Below the pieces are notes generated by a model. The model searched no databases and was not told where the DNA came from. It worked only from the letters and a program-made list of their open reading frames with translations. 64,000 bases of DNA from an uncultured Methanoregulaceae archaeon (GTDB lineage Archaea; Halobacteriota; Methanomicrobia; Methanomicrobiales; Methanospirillaceae). Where the stretch lies: positions 832,001 through 896,000 of the forward strand of contig CAVTTL010000001.1 of NCBI GenBank assembly GCA_963737635.1, written 5' to 3'. Positions 10,938-22,668 of this stretch are shown here, in pieces (position 1 is the stretch's first letter; each line of letters opens with the position of its first letter). Position numbers and translations under genes: made by a program.

Positions 10938-12465
10938 ATGATTCATATCCACGTTGATGGGGAGCCCCGGGAAGTAAGCGAACAAACCACGATTTTTTCC
11001 CTTATCCCGGATCATCCCCGGAGATTGCGCTGTTGCAGTTATCCGGCCCGCGACCAAGGAGCAGGAAAAAACTGAAAACATCACGGTCACCACGACCGCC
11101 GGTGAGATCACCATTGAGCTTGCCGGCGTTGAGGTGGCTGTACTCGAACGGCCGGATACTATCGGCGGCCTCGCCCTGCATTGGACAGACCGGTATGCGG
11201 CAGCATTTGGTCCGTTCCCTTCCGGTATTCGTCCGCTACGAAAACCTTGGCTTTATGAAAGAGGAGACGTCATTCTCGGGTGCGGCGGATACGATCCGAA
11301 GACCTCGTACCTTATTTTTTCAAAAATTCGCCATGTCGCGGATCATGGTGCCGATGAAACTGGGGGTATCGTTGGCCGTGTCGTGAGCGGCAGGGCTGTA
11401 CTCGACCGATGGGCGGCCGGAGACAAGATAACAAAAGGTGAGCCGGTGGTCAGCTGGGCTGACACCAGCCGTTCATTTACCACGACAGATCCCGGTATTG
11501 TTGTCGAAGAAGGCATGCTCATTGTGACGCACGTTGAGGTAACGGCGCAAGGATATGCCCCGGACAGAATCACCACTGAGGCGGCAGGTAGTGTCGAGCA
11601 CCTGCTTGTCGCTCTCCAGTCCGGGAAATTTGTGGTCGGGCGTGCCACCAGCACTCATATTCTTGACCGGAAACTTGTCGGCACTGATGTGCCGGCACAG
11701 TTCAAGCGTCCCAGACGTGAGGGTACGGTCACTGCGCGTACCGGAGGGCCTTCTGTCGGAGGCGTATATATCTACAGGGCGGATGTCCCCAGCAGCCCGG
11801 CCCACAGCGTTGTTGGACAGGTTGTGCACGGGATCGAACTGGTGAAAATTGCAAAAGAGGGCGACATTCTTTCCCTCCGGGTCGTTCCCCCGCGTATCGA
11901 TCTCCTCGGTCTGCCACTGGAAGAGGCAAAAAAAGGTGCAGAGGACCGGGGGATCTCCTTGGTAATCGACACTGATAAAAAGGACCGGATTGTCGTGTCG
12001 CAGGAACCGGGGACAACGCTGGATGTACTCAGCGAGCGGTCGGCAAAGGTGACAACAGCACCATTCGATCAGGTAATCGATATCGTCCTCGACGATGCCC
12101 GTGCCCCTCTGAGCTGCGACGTATTCCGCCATGTTACCGGGCTGCAGGAGCATGATGCCGGGATGATGCCGGCATTCTTTGTCTTTGATGATGTATATCT
12201 CTTCAAGCCGAAAATCCCGACAACCTTCAAGATCTATCCTGAGAATTGTCCTGTCGGGGAGGCTCCAGCATCAGCCCTTGCTATAACTAATGATTCCCGT
12301 AAAGGGTCTGGCCTCGTTGGGGTGCGGTTATCGGCAAATCGGGAGTTCGGCCCGACATCAGAACCGTTTGAAGGCACTAATATTATCGGACGGGTGATCG
12401 ACACGGAAAAATTAAAGAACATAAAAGAACGGCAGATTGTGTATATCCGCGAGGTAAAAAAATGA
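10938..12465 (+). CDS. mmp3: Methanogenesis marker protein 3 (cyclophilin-like); apparent frameshift near 11016
   Basis: MIHIHVDGE start at 10938; AAFGPF, GGVYIYR..SSPAHSVVG and ITNDSRKGSGLVGVRL..FGPTSEPFEGTNIIG. Confidence 0.87.
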
Positions 12466-12920
12466 CCGAATACATCCCGGCAAACATCGGGACGGTGACC
12501 CGGTATGTAGTGGTGGAATCATATACCGTGACCCCGGCGGATGTGGCTATCCGGGCATACGAAGTAGCACAAGGTGTGATGATCAAGGAAAATTGTTTTG
12601 GCTTGGTTGTCATGGGAAAAGAAGACGAGGTTAACCGGGTCATCTCCGAGGTACGGAAGATGGATCCGGCCCATATCTTCGTAAAAGACCGCGGGTTCCC
12701 GCCGGGCGATGCACGACGGTGCCGGGCGACGCTTGGGGGAGCACGGCCGGGGTTCCATGGGATCGAGTTCGAGATGACCATCCTCCCGTATATTTCTCAC
12801 GCCATCGAAGAACTTGAGCACCGCGATGCCGCTACCGTTCCGGCTCCGCAAAGTTCGCTGACCTCTTCACGTCTTGACGTTTACCGCTTAAAGAAAATGA
12901 TCGATGCCCAGGAGCCCTGA
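12462..12920 (+). CDS. mmp6: Methanogenesis marker protein 6
   Basis: IKENCFG and IFVKDRGFPPGDARRCRA..GGARPGFH; operon position. Confidence 0.85.
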   Translation: MTEYIPANIGTVTRYVVVESYTVTPADVAIRAYEVAQGVMIKENCFGLVVMGKEDEVNRVISEVRKMDPAHIFVKDRGFPPGDARRCRATLGGARPGFHGIEFEMTILPYISHAIEELEHRDAATVPAPQSSLTSSRLDVYRLKKMIDAQEP

Positions 12921-12922
12921 CC

Positions 12923-13369
12923 ATGGCAAAAATATTCATCTACCCTGCAACGAGCCTAATTCTTTCCGATATGGTGATCCGATTCGGGCACACTCCGCTT
13001 GGTTCTGCAATCGCTATCCGGGAGCGTGTCCAGACTGCCGGACTTGAATCTATGCCGCTCCAGATAACTCCGGAAGATCCAAAAAAAGGGCTCCGCTGGG
13101 CAGCAGTGGAAGTCCCAAGCGGCGTTCGGGGTCGCATGTCCTTGTACGGCCCCATGCTGGAGGAGTGTGACGGTGCAATCATTATCAACAATGCTGATCT
13201 CGCGTTCGGCTGCATGGGCTGTGCACGGACAAACGAACTCCTGAAGTTTTTGATCCGGCAAAAGGACATTCCGAAACTCGAACTGGAGTACCCGAAAAAT
13301 GAGGAGGAAGGTACTCAGTTTGTCGCCGCACTCAAACGATTCCTTTCCGATATGAGAGGGAAATCATGA
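12923..13369 (+). CDS. mmp5: Methanogenesis marker protein 5
   Basis: [34 protein letters not shown] and [12 protein letters not shown]. Confidence 0.88.
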   Translation: MAKIFIYPATSLILSDMVIRFGHTPLGSAIAIRERVQTAGLESMPLQITPEDPKKGLRWAAVEVPSGVRGRMSLYGPMLEECDGAIIINNADLAFGCMGCARTNELLKFLIRQKDIPKLELEYPKNEEEGTQFVAALKRFLSDMRGKS

Positions 13370-14618
13370 CTGCGCCGGTTCGCATCGCTCAGCTCTCCTG
13401 CGGCCGGAATATTCCGGGGTACAGGAAGAGATCAATCAGGCAGCAAAAGCGGTGAATGGAGAAATTTTTTACCCGGACGTCGCGCTTAAAGACATAATGC
13501 GGGATTTTGACGCATTCGGCCTTGAAGTCAGGAGCCCTGACCTGAAGCTCGCTATATCACGGGCGATGGCATTAGTCAACGGCCGCGTTGAGGCGGATGC
13601 GGTCTTTATTGCAACCTGTTTCCGGTGCGCCGAAGCTGCTATTGTGAGAAATGAACTGCGGCGGTATATTCACGAAAACTCGAAGCTCCCAGTTGTCAGT
13701 TATTCGTTTACTGAACGGACAACAGCAGGTACGCTGCTTACCCGAATGGAAGCACTTACGACGATTGCCCGGAGAAGGGCACTTCTGGCCCGGGAGATCC
13801 AAGAAGGAATCACACTCGGGATCGATTCCGGTTCATCTACAACAAAAGCTGTACTGATGAAGGACAACAAAATTATCGGAACAGGCTGGCAGCCGACAAC
13901 AGAAGTGCTGAAGAGTGCACGGGACGTCACGATGCACGCCCTTGCCCAAGCAGGAATGAAACTCGAAGAAGTCGAAGCGATCGGGACGACCGGTTATGGC
14001 AGGTTCCTTGTCGGAAAAGATTTTAATGCCGATCTCATCCAGGAAGAACTAACGGTAAACTCGAAAGGTGCGGTCTACCTTGCGGATCGGCAGCACGGGC
14101 CGGCGACGGTTATAGATATCGGGGGGATGGACAACAAGGCTATCTCGGTTATGGACGGTATTCCTGGCACTTTTACCATGGGCGGCATCTGCGCCGGTGC
14201 CAGCGGAAGGTTCCTTGAAATGACCGCAAAGCGCCTTGGCGTTGAGATCACAGAACTGGGACCTCTTGCTATGAAAGGGATGGGTGCCCGCGTACCCATG
14301 AACAGTTACTGTATCGTATTTGGCACCCAGAGTCTCGTGAACGCCCTCGCTGCCGGTAGTACCCGGGAAGACGTTGCGGCAGCAGCCTGCCATAGTGTTG
14401 CCGAGCAGGTCTTCGAACAACAGCTTCAGGAAGTAGATATCAAGGAGCCGGTAATTATGGTTGGCGGCACTTCGCTTATCGAGGGATTGGTGTTCGCGAT
14501 GGGTGAACTCCTCAAGACTAAAGTTGTCGTTCCGCCGAATTCGCAATATATCGGTGCGGTAGGTTCGGCGCTTCTGGCATCAGGTTTCATCAAGGACGGC
14601 GCAGATGCAGGCCATTGA
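13366..14618 (+). CDS. mmp15: Methanogenesis marker protein 15 (CoA-substrate activase/BadF-type ATPase); apparent frameshift near 13404
   Basis: RIAQLSCG(P)[36 protein letters not shown] and CAGASGRF. Confidence 0.9.
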
Positions 14619-15186
14619 GTACTTTGAAGTGGAATGCACGGAAAAACTTGGCGGGGAATACTACCGGCAGATCACAAACGACGTCCTTCTTGATCACAAC
14701 CTCCTCAGGGTAATCCACAAGCTCCACGTCTATATCGATCCGAAAGTCCCGATCTTTGTCGCTGTGGGAGTTCTCAAAAAAGTTTCCACCCAGGTACGGG
14801 TGGGGGACATCGCAAACGTCAACCCCCAAGAAGGCAAGCTGACGCTTGTGATCTCCGACGAGACATATCTCGCACCGATGCTGAAGCAGTTCTGGGACCA
14901 ATTCGGGAAAGACCACGTCGACCAGCCAGACCGGTTCACAGTCATCTTGACCGGGGTGACGACAAGCTCACGAGAGATAGAGGGGATGGTGATTGCCGAC
15001 CCAAGCCTGGCATTGTATAAGGACCTTGTCTACGCCTTCCGCTGCATCTGTCCAGAGGGGTTCCGGGTCAGGAGTGAAACCTATGGAACTGAAAAGTTCT
15101 CATTTGTGGCTAGCGAGGATACCCTCACGAACACCGGTCTTGCTCTTGTTAAAGAGAAGTTCGCACTCATGGGGGAGACGCCATGA
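14605..15186 (+). CDS. mmp17: Methanogenesis marker protein 17
   Basis: [20 protein letters not shown] and PEGFRVR; lies between mmp15 and mmp7. Confidence 0.8.
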   Translation: MQAIEYFEVECTEKLGGEYYRQITNDVLLDHNLLRVIHKLHVYIDPKVPIFVAVGVLKKVSTQVRVGDIANVNPQEGKLTLVISDETYLAPMLKQFWDQFGKDHVDQPDRFTVILTGVTTSSREIEGMVIADPSLALYKDLVYAFRCICPEGFRVRSETYGTEKFSFVASEDTLTNTGLALVKEKFALMGETP

Positions 15187-16120
15187 TCCTCGTACCGATT
15201 ACCTACAAGGGAGGAGTGTACCGGCACAACGAAATTATTGACCTTATTGAAGATCTCGGGGGGTACATCGTCCAGAAGCACATGATAGCGCAGGAGGTTG
15301 TGCTCCAGTGCTTTGTACCCAAGGATGATGTGGAGCTGATCCGGGCGATAGGAAAACCGCTTGCCGGGGAGGTGATTGATTCGCCGCTGGTCGGGACCGA
15401 GATCGCGGTCGTAAGCATGAGCCTCGAGATCCACCATCTCCCTCACCCATCCTGCGATATCGCGGAGTATGTGCGCCGGCTGGGTGCCAAAAGCAATATG
15501 GTAAGCTTGGCCCGGGTCCGGGAAAACGGATCGCAGGAATCAACGATGAGGAGCGCGATGTTATCAACGAGCATGACATTGCCGTCTACCTGCTTGGGAA
15601 TTTCGAGACCTGTATCGAGCATAAAATGCCATTGCTCCTCCGGGGGATAGAAGTACCAATCGTCCTCTGTGGTGGCCCGGACAAGAAGACGCTTCAGCGA
15701 ATCGTGGCGCCCGGGGTGGACGGCTATGTAGGGAATGTCGGCCGGTTCATGCACCGCACCAAAGAATCCGAAGAACTCACCAAACTCGATGAGATTATCG
15801 CAGAGATCACCCGCGTTCTCGAAAAGCGGCGTGAGGAACTTGCAAAAGACCCCCTTTCAGTTTCCCCGGCCCGGCTCATGGATGTTATCCGCGAACATGT
15901 CCCGGCTATTCTTAGTGTCACATCTCCAACTCCGCTTACCGTGCAGATGTCCGGACTCCGGGTGAAACTGCCATACGATCCCTTCGCAGAGGTGCTCCGG
16001 AAGACCGAGATTGAAGACGGCATAACAATTGGAGACATCACCAACATCGAACCTTCGCGCATGAGGGACTATATTATTATGAAAGTCAGGCCATTTTCGG
16101 AGACCAACACCGTGATATAG
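15183..16120 (+). CDS. mmp7: Methanogenesis marker protein 7 (apparent frameshift near 15514)
   Basis: YKGGVYRH..LIEDLGGY and HHLPHPSCDIAEY; second frame GNFETC...GLRVKLPY. Confidence 0.87.
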
Positions 16121-16130
16121 GAGAAAAACT

Positions 16131-16620
16131 ATGGGACGTAAACAGGAAGACGAGTTTGAGGATAGGCTCAAGTCACATAGTCGAACAGGGTGCCAACGCG
16201 ACAGCGGAGGAATGGCTCAAGGTAATCGAGCGGGAATACGGGAAAGTACCGCTTATTTTCAAACGCATGGGAGAGCGGCCCGAGGTCCTCATCTCACATT
16301 TACTATATAAAGGTACCGTTGCTGACACCAGCCGGCTTGACCCAAAGTATGTGGAACTGATAAGCATGGCCGTGGGTGCAGCCCTGAAATGCCAGTACTG
16401 CACGAGTTACCACATGCAGGCAGCAATCAAGATGGGTGCAACACGCGAGGAGATCCTTGAAGTGATCCTGCTATCAGGGATGATCTCGAACTCCTCAGTC
16501 CTTGCCAATGCGTACCGGGTTATTGACGAGCGACTCGAGAAGTGCTTTCCCTGTGATGTAAAATCAGTTCAGGAAAAGCCACCGCAAAAAAGACGGAAGG
16601 CCAGAAGTAAAGGTAAGTAG
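16131..16620 (+). CDS. Carboxymuconolactone decarboxylase/AhpD family protein (apparent frameshift near 16173)
   Basis: LDPKYVELISMAVGAALKCQYCTSYH..GATREEILE; ATG at 16131 follows a GGAG site. Confidence 0.82.
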
Positions 16621-16778
16621 TTCTCTCTTTTCCTGAATACAAGAAATATACCGGGACTTATCCGGGCATGAGAACGAAGACCCGGTAAACTACAAATCAG
16701 GATCGACCTATCATTTTATGATGCATCTCTTCTGCTCATACCATATTTAAATCCACACAACGACTAACGATCTGATGA

Positions 16779-18602
16779 ATGTGCGGGATCGCAGGGCAGT
16801 ATTGCTATAAGGGAGGACATCCGGATCGCCGGTTCCTTGCCGCGATGTCTGAAAGGCTTGCACATCGTGGTCCTGATGGGGAGGGATTACATATCAGTGG
16901 CAGCACCGGCCTTGTCCACCGGCGCCTCGCCATCATCGATCTCTCTCCTGATGGTCTCCAGCCCATGACAAACGAAGACAACTCCCTCTGGCTTGTTTTC
17001 AATGGCGAAATCTACAATTTCGTTGAACTCCGCGAGGATCTTATGCATAGAGGACATATATTTTACTCAAAATCTGATACAGAAGTGATCCTCCATGCGT
17101 ACGAGGAATGGGGCCATAACTGTTTGACCCGGTTCAATGGTATGTGGGCGTTCGCACTCTGGGACGAAAATAAACAGGAGCTATTCTGTGCCAGGGACCG
17201 GTTCGGTATCAAGCCGTTCTATTACACAGATGCCGGTGGATCGTTCCTGTTCGCATCCGAAATCAAAGCGTTGCTCGCCCATCCGGATACCAAACATGCG
17301 GCGGACGAGACAATGCTCTGCACCTATCTCGCGTGGGGCGTACAGGATCATTGTAACCATACCATGTTTGAGGGTATTTACCAAATCGAACCGGCGCATG
17401 CCCTGGTTGTTACCAAGGATGGGATTCAATCACCGTTCAAATACTGGGATGTAGAGGTGAACCCGGAGATACGGGAAACCGAAGACGATAGGAAGGTTGC
17501 AGCCTGCCTTGGCGTCCAGCTCCTTGAGGCGATCAGGATCCACCTGAGAAGCGACGTAGCCATCGGTACCTGCCTCTCCGGGGGGATCGACTCTTCGACA
17601 CTGACTGCCCTGATTAATACGCTCATTAAAAATGAAGCACCGGAAAGCGTTGGAGTGCGGCAGAAAACATTCTCGGTAGTATTCTCAGACAAGAAATTCG
17701 ATGAGAGCCGCTATATCGATGAAATCGTCGCAACAACAGGCGTCGATGCGGACCGGGTAGAACCGGCACCGGGCCAGCTCAGTGAAGATATTGATCGGTT
17801 GGTGTACATGCAGGACGAACCATTCGGTTCACTCTCCATTTATGCCCAGTACTGTGTTATGAGGCTCGCCAAAAAAAAGGTCAAAGTGGTGCTTGACGGA
17901 CAGGGGGCCGACGAACTCCTTGCCGGGTACCTGGGTTATCAGGGAAGTTATATCCGGGGACTCATCCGCACGTTTCGCTGGTGGACAGCACTTGCTGAGA
18001 TCGCTGGCAGCATCCGGAAACACCGGGACTTCTTCTCTATCGCCCGGAAGCAAATACGGGTCCGCAAGATGAGGCGGCGCCTTTTAAACTGCAATCCGGA
18101 AACGATTGACCGGTACCAGGGTACTCTCGATCAAGTCCTGCACCGAGAACTCCTCAAAACCAATCTTCCTGCGCTCCTTCACTACGAGGACCGGAATTCG
18201 ATGGCATTTTCTCTGGAATCCCGGGTTCCATTTCTTGATGTGCGATTGGTGGAGTACATCGCATCGCTCCCTCTCTCCCAGAAGATCCGTAGAGGCACTA
18301 CAAAGGTTGTCTTGCGCTCGGCCATCCGTGGCAGAGTTCCCGAATCCGTGCGATGTCGCGGTGACAAGATGGGCTTTGTCACTCCGGAAGAATGCTGGAT
18401 GAAAAACGAGCTTCGATCATTCATGCTGGAGATCTTCTCATCACAAAGTTTCAGATCTCGGCCCTATTGGAATGCCGATGCGGTTCTCCAAGATTACCGC
18501 TCATTCCTTGATGACACATCTCCTTATTCACCCGAAATATGGCGGATCGCCTGCACCGAACTCTGGCTGAGGAAATTCATCGACATACCGGTGGCACGAT
18601 AA
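16779..18602 (+). CDS. asnB: Asparagine synthase-like glutamine amidotransferase
   Basis: MCGIAG N-terminal nucleophile, HRGPD, FNGEIYN, LSGGIDSS, DGQGADE and SLESRVPFLD. Confidence 0.93.
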   Translation: MCGIAGQYCYKGGHPDRRFLAAMSERLAHRGPDGEGLHISGSTGLVHRRLAIIDLSPDGLQPMTNEDNSLWLVFNGEIYNFVELREDLMHRGHIFYSKSDTEVILHAYEEWGHNCLTRFNGMWAFALWDENKQELFCARDRFGIKPFYYTDAGGSFLFASEIKALLAHPDTKHAADETMLCTYLAWGVQDHCNHTMFEGIYQIEPAHALVVTKDGIQSPFKYWDVEVNPEIRETEDDRKVAACLGVQLLEAIRIHLRSDVAIGTCLSGGIDSSTLTALINTLIKNEAPESVGVRQKTFSVVFSDKKFDESRYIDEIVATTGVDADRVEPAPGQLSEDIDRLVYMQDEPFGSLSIYAQYCVMRLAKKKVKVVLDGQGADELLAGYLGYQGSYIRGLIRTFRWWTALAEIAGSIRKHRDFFSIARKQIRVRKMRRRLLNCNPETIDRYQGTLDQVLHRELLKTNLPALLHYEDRNSMAFSLESRVPFLDVRLVEYIASLPLSQKIRRGTTKVVLRSAIRGRVPESVRCRGDKMGFVTPEECWMKNELRSFMLEIFSSQSFRSRPYWNADAVLQDYRSFLDDTSPYSPEIWRIACTELWLRKFIDIPVAR

Positions 18603-18705
18603 CGAGGCAGGATCGACTTTTATAAAGAATAACTCCGGACACAATACATAAGAACATGACCGGAATTGGAAGAAGAGATCCCGGAAACAGGTACCAGGCG
18701 GATTC

Positions 18706-20055
18706 ATGAAAACCATTATCCTTCCCGGCGGCGTAGGAACACGGCTGTGGCCCCTATCCCGCGAATACTTTCCTAAACAGTTTATCCCGATGGACGGGAA
18801 ATCCCTGTTTCAAAAGACCTGCGAAAGGGCGAGAAAATTCTCCCGGGAGGACGAAATATGGGTGGTGACAAATGAGATCCACCAATACCTTGTCCGCAAC
18901 CAGATAGAGGAGCTAAGATTTGCGTTACCTGATGGCCATATACTGGCAGAGCCTAATCAAAAAAATACCCTGCCTGCTATTACTTGGGCGATGCGGCAGA
19001 TCAAAGAGGAAGACAGCCACGCCACCGTTGTGGTATTCCCAAGCGATCACCTGCTAGGTGATCTTGCAACCAATCAGATCAAGACCGCGGAGCCTCTCTC
19101 GAAAAAATACCTTGTCACATTCGGGGTCAAACCAACATCGCCTCATACCGGGTATGGGTATATAAAACCGGGAAAAACCCTCACCATAGGTTTTGTAGTC
19201 GATCAGTTCAAAGAAAAACCCGATGAAAAGACCGCTGCGGAATATGTGAATAAAGGGTATCTTTGGAACAGCGGGATCTTTCTCCTTTCCGTCCCTGTAT
19301 TTTTTGGAGAACTAAAAAAATACCAGCCACGCCTTGCTGCCTCATTTGACGGGAGTGAAATGCCGGATTACGGGAAACTGGACTCCATTTCAATTGATTA
19401 CGGCCTGCTCGAACCGTCAAAAAAGGTTGCCGTAGTGCCGCTTGAAACTGAGTGGAACGATCTGGGGACGTTTGCAGCATTATACGAGGTCGGCCCACAC
19501 GACAGCGATGGAAACGTCGGTACGGCTGAATACCTGTCAGCAAGGGAAAATTACGTGCATGCGCCGGGTAAGCATGTAGGCCTTATCGGCGTGGACAACC
19601 TCGTTATAGTAGACACGGCGGACGCGCTTCTTGTCTGCGATAACCGGCACACGGAGCAAGTCAAGGATCTAGTCCACCGGTTTAAGGAGAGAGACGACCC
19701 GGTTACCCGGTTCCACCGACAGGTTCACCGTCCCTGGGGGTCCTATACCGTGCTCGAGGATGCAGAAGGTCACAAGATTAAACGTGTCACGGTAAAACCA
19801 GGGCAAAAGCTTTCCCTCCAGCTCCATCACCACCGGAGCGAGCATTGGGTGGTCGTCAGTGGAACTGCAGAAGTGCAACTCGATGGCGAGACAAAACTAC
19901 TCAGGCAGGGAGAGAGCACATTTGTCCGGAGTGGCATCCAGCACCGGCTCAAAAATCCCGGCGTAATTCCCCTCGAAGTAATCGAGGTGCAGCTGGGTGA
20001 GTATCTCGAGGAGGACGACATCGTCAGGTATGAAGATGATTACGGCAGGAAATAA
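18706..20055 (+). CDS. manC: Mannose-1-phosphate guanylyltransferase/mannose-6-phosphate isomerase
   Basis: GGVGTRLWPLSR..PKQF, TGYGYI, WNSGIF, SIDYG, WNDLG and the cupin RPWG..LSLQLHHHRSEHW. Confidence 0.93.
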   Translation: MKTIILPGGVGTRLWPLSREYFPKQFIPMDGKSLFQKTCERARKFSREDEIWVVTNEIHQYLVRNQIEELRFALPDGHILAEPNQKNTLPAITWAMRQIKEEDSHATVVVFPSDHLLGDLATNQIKTAEPLSKKYLVTFGVKPTSPHTGYGYIKPGKTLTIGFVVDQFKEKPDEKTAAEYVNKGYLWNSGIFLLSVPVFFGELKKYQPRLAASFDGSEMPDYGKLDSISIDYGLLEPSKKVAVVPLETEWNDLGTFAALYEVGPHDSDGNVGTAEYLSARENYVHAPGKHVGLIGVDNLVIVDTADALLVCDNRHTEQVKDLVHRFKERDDPVTRFHRQVHRPWGSYTVLEDAEGHKIKRVTVKPGQKLSLQLHHHRSEHWVVVSGTAEVQLDGETKLLRQGESTFVRSGIQHRLKNPGVIPLEVIEVQLGEYLEEDDIVRYEDDYGRK

Positions 20056-20154
20056 GGGATTTTTTTATTTTTGTGGCAGGTTTTAATAATTGTTTTAGAG
20101 CGGCATCCTGTCGTCAATGCTTATTTCCGCGGTTTGGCTGACACTTATTTGAAC

Positions 20155-21963
20155 CTACTTCCGAGATATTTTTCCTGAAACAAGGCACGTTTTTCCGTCC
20201 CCGATCAGGTCGTCCCTCCCCGCCATGTGAAGTCCTTCAAGGACAAGGTTCCGGTTCTGCGGTTCTCTGTACTGCATGAGGGCCCGCTGGATCTTCTTCT
20301 CCCTCCCCTTTGGCACATGCACCGGTTCCAAAGTAAACGGGTTAAGGCCCGTATAGTACATACAGGTAGAGACACTCATCGGTGTTGGCGTGAAATCCTG
20401 GACCTGTTCGGTATATAGCTGGTGATCGCGGATATACTCGGCAAGCTCGACCATGTCTTTTATTGTACAACCCGGGTGACCGGACATAAAATAGGGAACC
20501 AGGTACTGACGTTTGGGTTTTCCTTTCTGGAGCGATGTGAACCGGTCAAGGAAACGATCAAACACCGAACCGTCCGGTTTGTTCATTGCAGCAGTGACTC
20601 GGGGTGAGATATGCTCCGGGGCAACCTTGAGATGACCCGAGACATTGCAATCACAGAAATCTTCCAGATACCGGGAACCATGATCGTCAGCAAGAATAAG
20701 ATCGTACCGGATACCGGAGCTGACAAACACTTTTTTGACACCCGGCACTTCACTGACTTTTTTGAGAAGCTCTCCAAATTGCTGGTGACTGGTCCGGAGG
20801 TTTTTACAGGCAGGTGAGCAGGACTTGTCCGTGCATGCACCAGAAGTCTGCCACTGATCGCACCCCATTGCATACATATTAGCGGTCGGGCCACCCACGT
20901 CCTGAACGACACCCCTGAATTCCGGCATCGCAGCCATCCGGGTCACCTCGCGGATAACGGATTCGATGCTCCTGCTTTGTATGATCCGTCCCTGGTGATG
21001 AGTGAGGGCGCAAAATGAACAGCTCCCGAAACAGCCCCGGTGGCTTACGATTGAGAACTGTACCGGAAGAAGCGCGGGGACCGACTCGCGGTACGACGGG
21101 TGTGCCCGGCGTGTAAACGGCAGTTCGTATATGCGGTCGAGTTCGGCAGGAGAGAGAGGTCGAGCCGGGGGGTTCTGGACGATCACCGTTTTGGGGTGAG
21201 GCTGAGCGACTGCTCGCCCATGCACCGGGTCCTGCTCCCGGTAGTGGATGGCAAATGCCCGGGCGTACGCTTTTTTATCTGATGTGACCTCGGAAAATCC
21301 CGGAATTTCAATAATACACTCCGGCCGGGCAGTACGCCATTCTGCCACCTCCATAGTATACGCTGTTCCACAGATATTCCGCAGCGATCGTGGCGATTCT
21401 CCTTCATTTAGCCGCCGGGCGATCTCGATCATCTGCCTTTCCGCCATGCCATAGGCAAGAAGCGTGGCAGGTGCGTCAGCCAGGATGGACTGGCGTACGC
21501 GATCCTGCCAGTAATCGTAATGCGCGAACCTGCGCAGGCTCGCCTCGATTCCCCCGATTACGATGGGCACACCAGGATACCCACTGTGGATACGGTTTGT
21601 GTATACGATGGTCGCCCGATCCGGACGCCTGGAGACGCCACCGGTTGAATACACATCTGAACTCCGGCGTTTCAGGTTGGGGGTGAAATTATTGACCATC
21701 GAGTCGACATTACCTGAAGATATACCAAAAAAGAGCCGGGGTCTTCCAAGGACCGTAAAGTCCTGGTCAGTCCTTATATCCGGCTGGGCAATAATACCGA
21801 CAGAAAATCCCGCATCCCAGAGGACCCGACCTATGAGTGCCGTGCCAAACGACGGATGGTCAACATAAGCATCCCCGGTTACGAGGATTATATCGAACTG
21901 ATCGATACCAAGGGTCTTTCCCTCTCTGAGAGAGAGAGGAAGAAACGGCGGTTGTGGTCTCAT
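20155..21963 (-). CDS. YgiQ (UPF0313) family radical SAM protein
   Basis: GDAYVDHPSFG, GGIEASLRR, HRGCFGSCSFC, DVGGPTANMY, LKVAPEH and QDFTPTP. Confidence 0.92.
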   Translation of the reverse strand: MRPQPPFLPLSLREGKTLGIDQFDIILVTGDAYVDHPSFGTALIGRVLWDAGFSVGIIAQPDIRTDQDFTVLGRPRLFFGISSGNVDSMVNNFTPNLKRRSSDVYSTGGVSRRPDRATIVYTNRIHSGYPGVPIVIGGIEASLRRFAHYDYWQDRVRQSILADAPATLLAYGMAERQMIEIARRLNEGESPRSLRNICGTAYTMEVAEWRTARPECIIEIPGFSEVTSDKKAYARAFAIHYREQDPVHGRAVAQPHPKTVIVQNPPARPLSPAELDRIYELPFTRRAHPSYRESVPALLPVQFSIVSHRGCFGSCSFCALTHHQGRIIQSRSIESVIREVTRMAAMPEFRGVVQDVGGPTANMYAMGCDQWQTSGACTDKSCSPACKNLRTSHQQFGELLKKVSEVPGVKKVFVSSGIRYDLILADDHGSRYLEDFCDCNVSGHLKVAPEHISPRVTAAMNKPDGSVFDRFLDRFTSLQKGKPKRQYLVPYFMSGHPGCTIKDMVELAEYIRDHQLYTEQVQDFTPTPMSVSTCMYYTGLNPFTLEPVHVPKGREKKIQRALMQYREPQNRNLVLEGLHMAGRDDLIGDGKTCLVSGKISRK

Positions 21964-21983
21964 ACAACGAGTATTTATCCGGA

Positions 21984-22579
21984 TCAGGACCGCGGGCGCC
22001 GGGTAAGATCGCGAATAATTTCAGCTAAGCCCCCGGGCACATCCTCTTCTTCCTTGTTTTCACGCTCACTTTGCGGCGCAGAACCTTCTGGTATTACGCC
22101 GGTCCCGGGATTTGCGGGAGTTTTTTGTTCCGGCTTATCAGCTCTTTTGTGTACTGGAAGGGAGACCCCTGCCTTTTCATCAAACTTGCGGTGAACGTTA
22201 AGACCGGCAAATTCAAAAACCACAACTTCGGCAACGATATACGTAATCGCCTTTTCGCGGAGGCACCCCGTCAGTGCGTGACCTGCCCGACCAACCGAGG
22301 CGTGGTAGTGAATCGCAGGGCCATCATCACCTTGGCAGATAGTACCGATCCCTACCATCTCCCAGCCCCCTTCAAACATAATATAATGTGGTTCCGGCGG
22401 AATCGTAGGTTCCTCAGGACCGGTTACCATCCGTCCCTGCCTGAGTGCGCCAAGAAAGAGAAGGGTGCCGGTTTGGACAGATTTATTTCGAATAAACTCG
22501 TTTGTGACGGCCAAAAAATCTTCGCCATCATCAATCTTAAGAATAAATACCCGGCCGAGCGGCCTTCCGAATAGTCCAT
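21984..22579 (-). CDS. PPC domain (DUF296) protein; apparent frameshift near 22560
   Basis: Reconstructed MDYSEGRLGRVFILKIDDGEDFL, FLGAL, EMVGIG and IHYHASVG...GCL. Confidence 0.82.
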
Positions 22580-22668
22580 ACTCGCGCTCTTTTATTTATC
22601 TAGGTATTCATTGAATTGACGTGAATTTATATCTCTTTTCCTCTCTTTTTATGAAAGAAGAAACTTTT

